DNA of 61,076 bases, the filler included, from Hausera hauseri (Eukaryota): the NCBI GenBank assembly GCA_046269625.1. It is 10 parts of 10 records of this genome, joined end to end, with 100 filler letters (N's around TTAATTAATTAA, not from the genome) between each part and the next. Parts side by side here need not be neighbours in the genome. Positions count along the whole stretch, not along the records: positions 48,119 to 52,326 come from JBJURY010700771.1; positions 52,427 to 56,412 come from JBJURY010838414.1; positions 56,513 to 61,076 come from JBJURY010525902.1; 7 more parts are not named here. One strand, written 5' to 3'. The translations under genes were made by a program, and so were the position numbers. Below the pieces are notes generated by a model. It was not told the origin of the DNA and did no database searches. It saw only the letters and a list, made by a program, of their open reading frames with translations. Below are positions 50,150-61,076 of this stretch, piece after piece. Each line of letters opens with the position of its first letter. Positions within the stretch are counted from its first letter, which is position 1.

Positions 50150-51305
50150 GGGTTAACATTTGGATTTTGTTGGAGTAACTCGTCATTCTCCGCTAACCAT
50201 GAATTTATATTGTCGATACAATCATTGCATTCTTCAATCTGATGCTGTTACATCTCAAAGTTCAATTGCGTTATTTTTGTTTTGTTGACAAAGGTATTAT
50301 CATATTCTTAGTCGGCACTATATTTTGTACGTATCTCCGATTTACGATAAATTCACCTCAACTTTATTGTATTCTACATCTCACCCACTTGTTCATGCGG
50401 TTTGAAAATTTTTGAATTTCATGTTGAACACATGTTCATGCGACAGTTTTGAAACTTCCAAGTTTAGTGAAGCATTCTCACGTCGTAAACCCTCTCTAGT
50501 CACAGAGTTTGATAGGGCCTCCGCATTAGTGGCCTCAATCTTCAAATATGATTGTTCCAAAGAACATTTCAATTTTTTCCTTTTCCGATTCAATTTTTCG
50601 AATTTTCTGCATAAGATCACACATCTCCTTTTTATGGTTGATTTCATCTGATTCCTGTTGTACAAACAAACTTAATACTTTGTGACGCCATGCGTGAAGC
50701 AATTTTTCAACTTTCACTTCATGATTTACGAAAGCTTGTCTCGATGAACTGACAATTTCCTTTTCCAGTTCTCTTTCTTGAATTGATAAGATTTTTTTTT
50801 CAAAATTCTCTAACTATCTTTTGAGACTCGATAATAGATTGCGTTCATTACAAATTTCTTTCAAGTCACCTACCTCGTTAATCAACCTTTGTTTTTCCTT
50901 CAACAATTCGTCTTTATTCTCAATGCCATTAATATAAATCTTCAATTTTGATAAGTCTTCGCAAAGATTAAACTTTTCTCTACTTGTGTCTTCAAATTGT
51001 TTTCTAATATCATCCAGTTCATTGACTAATTGCGTGATTTCCTTTTTGTGTACCTGGTCTAATTCGTAGATTTTGTCACGATACTTTTGTTGCTTGGCTT
51101 TAACTTTTGTTTTCATCTCGTCCACAGATATTATAGACTCCTGAGTGAACGAACCTCGAGTTTCAGTTTTCAAATAATCCGTTTGACAGCATTTATTAAT
51201 GAATTTATTCAAAGCCTGTATATCCTGATTTCTACGAGGAATCATTTCACGACATCCAAATGCTGATGGAGGAAGTAAATATTCTTCATACGACATTCCA
51301 TGCAA
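50150..51305 (-). pseudogene. CCHCR1-like coiled-coil protein, frameshifted
   Basis: N-terminal LLPPSAF and ILSIQERELEK..LLHAWRHKVLSLFVQ resemble recalled CCHCR1 LIPPSHF and ILALQEEELTR..LLNRWREKVFALMVQ. Confidence 0.6.
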
Positions 51306-52426
51306 TTATAAAACAATAGTTTTGTAAAGACCGTCTAACGGCTTTCAACTCTTGGTAAGCTATGATCACTATTGCTCTCCCAGTCCTCCGAACCCTGCCA
51401 GGGATCATGTCACACTCACATTTATTTTTCACACTTTTTTATTTCACGCACACTCATTCAACAATCTAACCTTTAACAATCCAATTTTTATTACAATCAT
51501 CATGCACAACGCAACCAACCTATGAACACTCATACATATATATACAGACATACACATATATATATACACTATATACACCCCTACCCTTTTTCACTTAATC
51601 TTCTTGATGTTGGCCGGATTCCCCAACTAATCAGTCAGGTTTCAACAATCTTTGCTTGAAGAAGAATACAAATTACCTCAAGCTAAAAACCGAAAAGTTT
51701 TACGGCAAAAATCCGCGTTTCTTCTTTCGCAAACTCAAAAGAAACGAATTCTCGATAGAAAGAATCATCTAATTTCGACTACTGAATTGGAAAATATAAA
51801 AATGACAGAATTCTTATACAATACCGATTATGACAAATGTTCTATTTTAATATCGGAATTAATGACACCAAAATATCGGATGACAAATTATTTGTTTCTG
51901 AAATCCACTGAAAATAAGACATACGAAACTGTAAATCATCTAGAAATAAAATATCCTACCGATTTGTTAACTATTAAATTAATATGGATTACTGTCTCTA
52001 AAAAGCAAACAAAGATTTTACAAACGATATATATCTGATGATAAATGACTGATTTTTACTGAATGGTGTTAATACGGATATTGGATTGATTTGTCGGAAA
52101 TTTCAAACAGATTTTGAAAGTATATTTTTATATTTTCAATAAAAAATGTTTTGAAAATTTTTATGACGAAATCATACATATTTTGTTCAAAATTGTGAGA
52201 CGACAAAGAAATTACTGAAATCTGTATTATGACAATTTCAATAAAGAACATTTACATCAAATTCTATCAATCAACAACCTAAATGTTTTTCGTGGAGCAG
52301 TTTGCTTGCAGGTGGCATGTCGAATTNNNNNNNNNNNNNNNNNNNNNNNNNNNNNNNNNNNNNNNNNNNNTTAATTAATTAANNNNNNNNNNNNNNNNNN
52401 NNNNNNNNNNNNNNNNNNNNNNNNNN

Positions 52427-52998
52427 AGTTACCTCAAAAGTTCCTATTTGATCCCTCTGGAAAGGGAGGATATAAGAATTTATACGAAGAAAGTAACGAA
52501 AGGATGAGACAGTCCAAGATTTTGTCTGTGCACTGGAAAAGTTAGCCACAAGGGTTTATCCTGATGCAGCAATAAAAAGTAATGTACTGTTGGCTCAATT
52601 CCAGTACGGGTTGGAAGAAAAGTTAAGAAGTATAATTTTACAAGCTGACCCACCTAAATTTCAAGAAGCAATAAAGAAAGCACGAAAAATCGAACGGGAC
52701 GCCGAATTATATCTGTGGACAAAGTCACGAAACAATAATAATAATTACGATAGACAATAGTACACAAAAGTATCAACGATACGATAGAAACCGAAGTCCC
52801 TCACAGACGTCAGCCACAGAGACTGAATCAGATGTAGAAAAGAAGGTGAGGTTTAAATTAAAGAATGATGGAGAAAAGTCATGTAAGAAAAAGTGTTCAA
52901 CAAAGGACGGAAGGGTGTTGCCTAATATAGCTTCAGAAGGATGGTTAAAGTGCTTTAACTGTAACAAATATGGCCTCTTAGCAAAAACATGTAGGTGA
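52427..52998 (+). pseudogene. gag: Retrotransposon gag C-terminal region with a degenerate zinc knuckle
   Basis: KDETVQDFVCALEKLA..QFQYGL..PPKFQEAIKKARKIE; CFNCNKYGLLAKTC at 52951-52992 (CX2CX4HX4C with H to L). Confidence 0.75.
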
Positions 52999-53423
52999 AG
53001 TAAGAAAGGATAGGCAAAGTCTAATGGTGATAAACGAAAGAAAGATTACACATCAGCTATCTCGGACGAATCTTCCGATATGGAATATGCGATGGAGGAT
53101 AGCGAACATGAAATAAAGAAGAAAGATAAAAAGAAAGTGTGAATCTTGTTAGTAATATATTATCTCAACGTGTGAGAACGCAGTAAGATATGGAATTAAA
53201 GGGTTATAAAATCCAACAGAAAAGATTGAAATAAAACAGTATTTATGGGACGGAAGAAAAGCCCGAAGGAAGAATACCTCGTCAAGGAAGAAAGAAAGGT
53301 AACAAAAAGATAATAGATGTAGAATCCAGAGAAACCTCTGTGGAGAAAAGTGATGTGGAACAAAAGAAAAGATAACGAAGAAGTAAGCACGGCGAATCTC
53401 CATCAGAGGAAAGCAAAAAAGAA

Positions 53424-54478
53424 GTGCAGCCTACAAAGATATTCGATGAAGTCGTGATTGAACAGGTAATGCACGATATAGAGGTAGACTTAGATGCTGA
53501 ATACGACCTTATCCAATCAGTGATTGCTATTGATCCTGAGAATATAATCGAAGTAAACCAAGCAACAAGTACGATATTAAAATTGATAGACAGTAAAGTA
53601 ACTACAGTTAAGATAAACGAAATTTTACTTCAATTATTACTACTCGCCCACGATACCAGTCCAATAAGAGAAATAGCACGAACGATACTATCTAAGGTTC
53701 TGAAGATGAAAAGGGAAGAAATAAATCGGCAAGAATAACGTTAAAGGAAAAAAACAAGATATGAGAGTCATCCGAATGAATGAAACGGATGATATACTAA
53801 CGTTGCTAGAAAAGATTGAAGAGGTAGAACCGTTCTATAAAGAAAAAGTATACGGGTTAAGTTTTCATGGAAGAACGCTATATGGTTACGATAAATTATT
53901 ACGAATTGGTTGTAGAAGTGAGAATTACAACCCAATTACGATAACGGAGATACACTCTGACGCAAGAGCAGAAGAAACGATAGGCAATATAATGGAGAAA
54001 CTACAACCACCAGAAGTAGAACAACCAACAGGTGATACTCAGGATGTCACAGTACAAACTGAGGTTAAAAAAAGGGGACGGCCGAAAGGAACGAAAATAA
54101 GTGATATCCGAAATAAAAGAGATAGGAATGAGGAAATAGTATGACGTCTGTTACTGGTAGAAACGGATACAATGCCAGAATCGGTAGACAGACCTATTGC
54201 TAAGAACGTTGTTAGCAAAGTTACATACATCATTTGCGTCGTTCGATATGCAAGTTACTAACTCCCACGAACTGTTCCAGACGTTGCGTAATTGCATGTT
54301 AAGAATTAGCAGACAGTTTTATGAAAATATTAATGAAGAGAGAATTAACGAGCTACACGAACAAGACATATTGGAAAAGATGTTTGCCACAGGGATCACT
54401 AGAGAAAAAGTCGTAACAGTCGTCGCTTATCTGCTATATAAAGTAATAGTGATTAACTACCAAACAAAATTTAGATGA
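53424..54478 (+). pseudogene. Pre-env segment with a ubiquitin-like domain and AT-hook, copy C
   Basis: YGLSFHGRTLYGYDKLLRIG (Ubl-like) in 53761-54144 and KKRGRPK at about 54067-54087, in the same order as copy A. Confidence 0.5.
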
Positions 54479-54657
54479 GATTGAACGGAACATAAAAGTA
54501 ACAGTTCAGATATTACGAAATACTTTGGACAGTTGGGTACAATGCCGGGTTGGATGGATACCAAGTTTAATGAATGGTAGGATAAGACCCGAAGGAGGGT
54601 CACATGAAAGACCAATCGCAACTTCCCCTAGTGCTATAAAACAGGGCCTAGGTGGAA

Positions 54658-56412
54658 TGTCATTTATGAAGATATTACAATTGCTATTAATAGAATCCAT
54701 TTGTATGCCTAAAACAATTGGCATTGTGGCTCATAATTGTTCAAAGCCTAAAGGACAAAAGAACTCCCTAATGGATTTGAAAATGCCCTGGAGCTGACCC
54801 AGAACAGTTAACAATTAATGGCCACAGCTATTGGGTCTACAAGGAGTCAGAATTTATTAAAGCTAAAATCCGAGAGTGCTGCGTAAAGAAATCATTCTTC
54901 TTATTCAATTGTGCGTACTACTCTGGGAATTCCGCTATTATTGAACCAACGACACCTTTTGAACCGATAATAATATCACGTGCGGAATGTCAAGACGCGT
55001 TTAAAATAGGAGTCATAACAATACAAAACGCGCAAATACCAACAGTACAAAATAAAATAAAATATACTCCCATTTTCAGAGCTGGAAGAATAGATAAAAC
55101 AAAGGATGGCAGTTGTAAAGGAGTAAATTACGATGTTGGAGGTACTATTGCACCTAGAACAGTAGCCATCGAAGACTACCAAGTTTAATTGAAGGAATAT
55201 GAAAGATTATTTGACTCACAAACTAAACTTATGACAACAATGAGTGAGTGTAAATATTAGAATGGAGAATGTGATATTGGAGAGTCTAAGATGACTTGGG
55301 AAGTGTCATCAAATAGATGTCATTTGACGTTGCTGAAAGAAGGAAAATTTAATAAAACAATAAGAAAAACGACCGATAAAGAGACAACGACTTATAAAGA
55401 AGGAGCTAAAGAAGTAAAGATGACAGAAGTGGCGACGGTAGTATATTCAGAAAATCCTGAAGAAATGATGAGATTTAAAATTATTGGAACGATCAATGAA
55501 TGTAATGAGGAAATGTCTAAAACTAATTACAAAGGTATCTACCTCTCGTCGAAGGAAATAGCGTAAGCTAAAACAAAATTAGATAAAAAGGACATAAAAC
55601 TGACGCAATATTTTGATAATAAAATCGACTTTCTGATCAACTACGTCAGAAAAGAGATCAGAAGTCTATATACAGCGATAATACTAAACGAATGTAAATT
55701 AAATAATGAAATAATACGAAATAAAATGGCATTGGTAATAATGAACCCCGATATGGTAACACCAATGATGCCATTCGGAGACGGAGTTATTGGAAGAGTG
55801 ATGGGGGAAGCATTAATAGCTATAGAATGTAAGAAAATAGAATTATCGATAAGGCCAACTGAAGAGTGTATGGCGGAATTACCAGTGATTGATAGTATGG
55901 AACCTCGTTACGCAATGCCAGTAACGAGGATATTGTTGGATGTTAATGCCCAGCCCATCTTGATGGACAATTGTACTTGTAATATGTCACCAATGTTTAA
56001 ATTAGACGATAATAAATGGATAAAAATACCAAAAAGAGAACCGGTTCCAAAACCAGAAACACTAAGTCTAATTATTTTACAAAGAAACCAGAAGTTTGAA
56101 CCATTAACCGGTATATCGCAGGGAGGAATTTACATACAACAAAATTTAGAAGATTACCGGCGAATGTTGTTATTTCCTCAGCAGCGACAGAGGGTGATAA
56201 CAGAGCTAAAAAGAAGAGTGATGTGGAACGGAGAAGGTTCGCCACAATGGGAAAATCGGATGGGGAAGGATTACTTGAAAAAGGTTGCAAGAAACGTAAT
56301 GGAAAAGATGCGGGGAAAATTTTTATATTTTGGTCAAGCTGCGTCAGGATTTTTAGCAATATATTTTATTATTAGTGCCTGACGGACAATATTTACGGCA
56401 CTCGGCAAAGCC
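54658..56412 (+). pseudogene. env: env-like class III glycoprotein, copy C
   Basis: Signal MSFMKILQLLLI, IVAHNC..SLMDL, ECQDAFK, DGSCKG, NECKL..ALVIMNPD, GEAL..EC..ECMAELPV..PVTRIL, GGIY..LLFPQ, FGQAASGFLAIYFII. Confidence 0.8.
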
Positions 56413-56512
56413 NNNNNNNNNNNNNNNNNNNNNNNNNNNNNNNNNNNNNNNNNNNNTTAATTAATTAANNNNNNNNNNNNNNNNNNNNNNNNNNNNNNNN
56501 NNNNNNNNNNNN

Positions 56513-59190
56513 GGATATACAAATGGCAAGCCTGAAAGTACTGAATCAGTGTACCGTTGGAAAGTTTGTGCTGCGTTTTTTAAACCGAACGGCATGAATG
56601 CGTATTGGAAAAGACCAAAAGGTGTTATAATGGCTGTGTTTGGGATGTCTTCTGGTGCTACCGGTATTTGGTGGTAGGCTTTTTCGAGATCTATGGTTGA
56701 ATAAATCGCAGTCTTGTGTAAGGAATGCAACATATCCTTAATCAAAGGTAGAGGATAAGCGTCAATGGCAGTGACGTTATTTAGTTGGCGATAATCGCCG
56801 CATGGACGGAATGTGCCATTTTTTTTCGAGACGACGTGGAATGGTGATGCCCACGGTGATTTTGAGCGTCTTATTATTCCAGCTTGCTAGAGTGCGGAGA
56901 ATTCCGCTTGGACTGTCTATCGACGGCGTGGTGAAAGTGGGCGGAGCTTTTGCCTAACGGGCTTAGGATTTTCTGTGATGATATGATGAAGTATCGAATT
57001 AGCTGGTCAAAATGCTGGGTCTTTTTTGTTGTGTGAAAACAAGACTCGGTTAAATATTGTTGCATTTCCTGGCTAAGTCTAATAAAGGCTGTTGTTGTTA
57101 TGGCAGTGGACAGATTGGATTCAGTGTGAGAAACGCTAGAAATCGAGTCGCCTAAATCGTCCTTGCCAACGCTATTTATTCCTCTATTACAGGACTGCAA
57201 CAAAATCGTTGGATTATTTATATTGATATTAAGGACGTTATTATTTGCGTTGGCTGATGGTTCTTTTAATATCGAGTTTATAGGCGAGATAGGTTGCATG
57301 ATCGGTTGGTTATTTACAAAAGTCGGTTTTATTGAACCGCTTTTGATGATCCGATGTTGTCTGCAATCCACAAGGAGATTGTAGAAAGATAAGAAATCAG
57401 ATCCAAGCATTGGCGATTGTGTGTCGGCAACGATGAATGCCCAATTGAAAATGTCGGAGATTGGTGGTAAAGTGAATAAAACCTTGGATTTGCTGAAAAT
57501 GTGTAAAGCTTGGCCGTTAGCTGTGTATAATTTAGTGTTAGATGTTGAGTTGAATGGTGTTTTGATAAATGGTGGTAACAAGGAAACAGCAGCCCCTGAG
57601 TCAATGAGGACGTTGATTGGTTGATTGGGTTTGAATGTTAAGGAAGCTTTTAATGTGAAAACAGCGTAGGTACGGCTATTAGAATGAAGACGTTTGCCTG
57701 TGCCAGTATGTGCCAAAACATCGGGCGGCTTTGTCAGTTTTTTTGAATAGTAGGATTTGGTGAGTCGGGAGAATTACGATGGAATTGGTTATGTCGACTA
57801 AAAAGCGTACTACCGTTGATGCAGTTTCGGGCTTTATTGCTGAACCTATTATGATAAATGCAAACAATGTCAGATTTTTGAAAAGCTGGTGTAAAAATTT
57901 ACACCACAGGCAACATTTTTTGGATTGGTCCTTGAATTTAGTGTGATAATAGCACACCATAGGTCGAGTAGGGGACCTAGCAGATCTCGAATTTTGTGAT
58001 GAAGCACGGTTATGATTGGGTTTGAATCGACCTCGTCGCGGCATGGATAAATTGTCCAGTTTCGAAGTTAAAGCAGAAATGGCTTGGTGTATTGCCGTGT
58101 TTTTAACCCGGAGAGCGTTTATTTGGTTATTCAGCACTACGATTTCAGCGTTAGGTAGTGCCGAAGGTGGTAATAAAGTGGCTGCGATGATAGGAGCATG
58201 ATGTGTTTCTAATATTTCATAGCTTTTATCAGCCAGTTGTGTTAACTTTTCTAACGTGGCGGTGTCTTCAACGACGGTTAGTAAAGCGCGTATTTCTTTC
58301 GGTAACGATTGAAGGAAATATCTACGCAATAAGTCGGCGTTGTTTGTCTGAATTGCCCCTAACTTGCTTAATTGGGTTAAAGATATTTGTAAAAATTCTG
58401 AGGGTTTCTGATTTCCTATTGTGTTGTCGTTAAAATATTTATGGATAATATTACCCAGAGATGGTTCCGTGATTTTTAGTACAGAGCTAAAGAGTGTTTT
58501 GTATGGGTCACCACTTTGGAGATTTCCGACAAGTTGGAAAGTTGTGACTTAATGTTAGAAGGCAAAAGTATAAGCAGGCTGTTTGCTTTAAGAAGAGTCG
58601 ACGATATTATTCGACTTCAACCAAACCGCATGAAAGTCCAACCACGTTCGGCTAAAATGTTGCTTATCAACGAAGTATTCTACGCAAGATAGGTTTACAG
58701 TGGATGACGAAGGTAAAGGTGGATTTAGCGGCACGCATATAGTAGGAATGTCGGCAAAATCTTGTTAGTCGTTAGATGAGGCTTTTAATTCATATCCACC
58801 TAGTAGACGGTAGTGTACAGTGAGTATAGATGTTGAAAATGAATGGGTGTAACTTGTAATAATGTCGGATTGTCGAAGAAAAATCCGTTATAACTAAGGC
58901 AAAAATTAGCAAGAGTTGTTTGTCGCCGTAATGTCTGAAAAATTTGCAATTATTGATTTGTGTATGTAGAAGGTTTGCGTATGCTTATTTTCGAATAATA
59001 AGACGAGAAACGAAAATGTCACATAGCTCAGGCGTGCAGTTTGATGCATAAGACACGGTCGTTCCCAAAATCCCTGAATTGTAGTAACTGATCTTTCTAA
59101 CCGCGGAGATCATAGATTTGGTTTGTAATGATTTATCTGATATTTTTGACCAACGGTATAGTATAGCTGAGATATTGAGTGCAGTGGTTG
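56513..59190 (-). mobile_element. Small Ty3/Gypsy element, copy 4 (Ubl-gag-PR-partial RT); close relative of copy 2
   Basis: Extensive nucleotide similarity to 38610-41200; RLLGG, LEKLTQLADK, CYYH, LIDSGAAVS, DLEKAYHQIP, MPFGL. Confidence 0.9.
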
Positions 59191-59246
59191 AACTACTTTG
59201 GTCGACATTATTTTACAAATTATTATGAAATAAAAATGTAGCAAAT

Positions 59247-61074
59247 TCACCGACCTTTTTTTAATCCTGGGTCCAAAACAGCTGTAGAGTACGGGATTTT
59301 TGGGTTTCTTTGCTGTACAACAGCCAGATAGGCCATCTGACGAACTTCATCACTGCTCTGTGCCGTATACGAATTTGCGTTGATATCTCGTGAAACCTGT
59401 CCAACTAAGGACGCACTGATATTCGAATTACATACCGAATGTTTAGAAGTCAATTCGTGTTTATCATCGATGTTAGAATTTCCTCCAAATGAATGACGAA
59501 CCATTCAATTCATTGGTTGAGTATTAAACTTTCTCCTTTTAGGTTCGGCCTTGATTGCATTCGGTCCGATTGTCGGTTCCAGCATTTTTATATTGGGTAA
59601 CAAACGAGCTTTAAATGTAATCGGCATGAAAATCAGGGTCTTTGTAGTATGACGATATGACTTTAATATCTTTGACATCTTCAAAAAGAACATTGGCATT
59701 ATGTACAGTGCTGCCTGGTAAACTGGATGCCTTGTCTCTCCATTTGCGGCCACAAACACTGTGCGTCAACTGGATCAATAACTGTATCACAAATTAGTAT
59801 GAATACGTCGAGATATTTCTTTTAGAATTCATCTAGCAATCTATTGAGATTTGGATTACTATTTTCAGTCTGTTCAGCAATAAACACTCTGGATTCAATT
59901 TCGTTTTTCAATCCGTATACTATCGGATAGTTCAAACCGATCTTTAGTTTTTCATTAATAATCCTCGAAAACCACAGAGCCCAATTTGCGAGTTCTTTGC
60001 ACCATGCGAAATAATAGTCAGGAAGTGCTTCGAAATCAAATCTGATGTCGTTTAGGATAATTTTTAATGGAATCAGTTCAACATAGTTAAGAAAGGTACT
60101 GCTTAATTTCAACGGTGATATGGAATTTTTCGAAGGAAAGAATATTTGAATTGGTGTTGAATCAACTATTGTTTTCGTCGAATTAATATCTCCAACTAGA
60201 ATGGTTATTACCTGTTTGTTTTTAAATGCAACTTTTATCTGCTGATAGTTTAAGCAATATTCCAGATAAATGACCGTTTGCATCTCAAACTCGCTCAATA
60301 ACTTGAAACAATCTTCTATATTGACAGATTGTTTGTCAGTCCAGAAGTAAAACATAATTCTTTTATCTGTTAAAACTAACATGGCGTTCGTTGATGGGTA
60401 TTTCATGTACATCTGTACAAGGAACGTTCCAAGTAATTATTCATCCTTTTTCATCACTGGTTAGGAAAACCAATTTAATTCTACCATCAATTTTTTGGGT
60501 GTATTCATATAAAAGGACACATCATTAAGCGGTTCAGTTATTATTAAATTTGATCTTATAGCTACTTCCAATTCCGTTAAAACTGCCGTATGAGGTTTAA
60601 ATTCTTGTTTAATTTCTTTGATGAAACTTGAAGATTAACTAAGATTGATAGATTCACTCAAATAACAATAATTCGCAGATGATACTGAAAGTGTGGACGT
60701 TCCCGCTTGAACAGTACCCTCTGACTCTATAGAACGTAATGTTTCGAGGCCTTTTTCTTTTCAATAACCCTTAGTTCTGAACCGGCGATCGAAGTCCTTT
60801 GTCCTTCATGTTCGATATTAAAATTTGATTCGTCACATATAACACATTTAAAGGACTTTATTTCGTTTAATGAAGGTTTGAAAATTCCTTGACAGTTTCG
60901 ACACCATAGCATAAAATTTGATAATGGCCATATATTTGATATTCCAATGACTTCTAACGTACCAACGAACGCTAATAATTTTAGTTGAACTTCCTCTAGA
61001 TTACTCTTTTCCTTGAATTGCATTTCTTGAAATGACAAATCGGGTTTATCATCTTTTAACCAATAGTTTTCCAT
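59247..61074 (-). pseudogene. Host-like gene fragment, possibly the STK11IP-like C-terminal region
   Basis: CRNC..CVIC ribbon, then IDGRIKLVF and MLVLTDKRIMFY, reminiscent of the STK11IP PH-like region. Broken by stops and frameshifts. Confidence 0.35.
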
Positions 61075-61076
61075 AA

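Larger units (their letters stand above)
52427..56412 (+). mobile_element. Large enveloped Gypsy-like element, copy C: gag through glycoprotein
   Basis: gag, Ubl/AT-hook region and glycoprotein on one strand; the last two are homologous to the 5' part of copy A. Confidence 0.8.

Noticed and set aside
51652-52326. Possible MULE-like transposase remnant (TDFE-like motif)
   Set aside because: Too degenerate and AT-rich to support.

Overview
This window is not one locus. It is ten eukaryotic contigs joined by artificial 100-nt N spacers carrying TTAATTAATTAA (contigs at 1-4300, 4401-11376, 11477-21812, 21913-29695, 29796-36136, 36237-41285, 41386-48018, 48119-52326, 52427-56412, 56513-61076), so adjacency across spacers is meaningless. 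Nine contigs are AT-rich, animal-like and mostly decayed mobile DNA. (1) Three pieces of a large enveloped Ty3/Gypsy family combine to give the order gag(zinc knuckle) - ubiquitin-like+AT-hook region - chuvirus/gB-like class III glycoprotein - PR-RT-RH-IN - second type I membrane protein - spliced accessory ORF - RING finger - PPT - LTR. The fusogen therefore lies between gag and pol. (2) Four copies of a smaller Gypsy family have Gag preceded by a ubiquitin-like domain ending in RLxGG or a decayed version of it. (3) A protein-primed PolB relic lies next to palindrome-rich inverted repeats. (4) Disrupted host-like genes resemble Dscam, CCHCR1, IQCB1 and possibly STK11IP. One GC-rich, vertebrate-like contig has an intact 4-exon zinc-finger tyrosine recombinase gene facing a decayed 18S rRNA fragment and a ~425-bp tandem repeat. 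All family assignments come from motif recognition by eye; no database searches were run.
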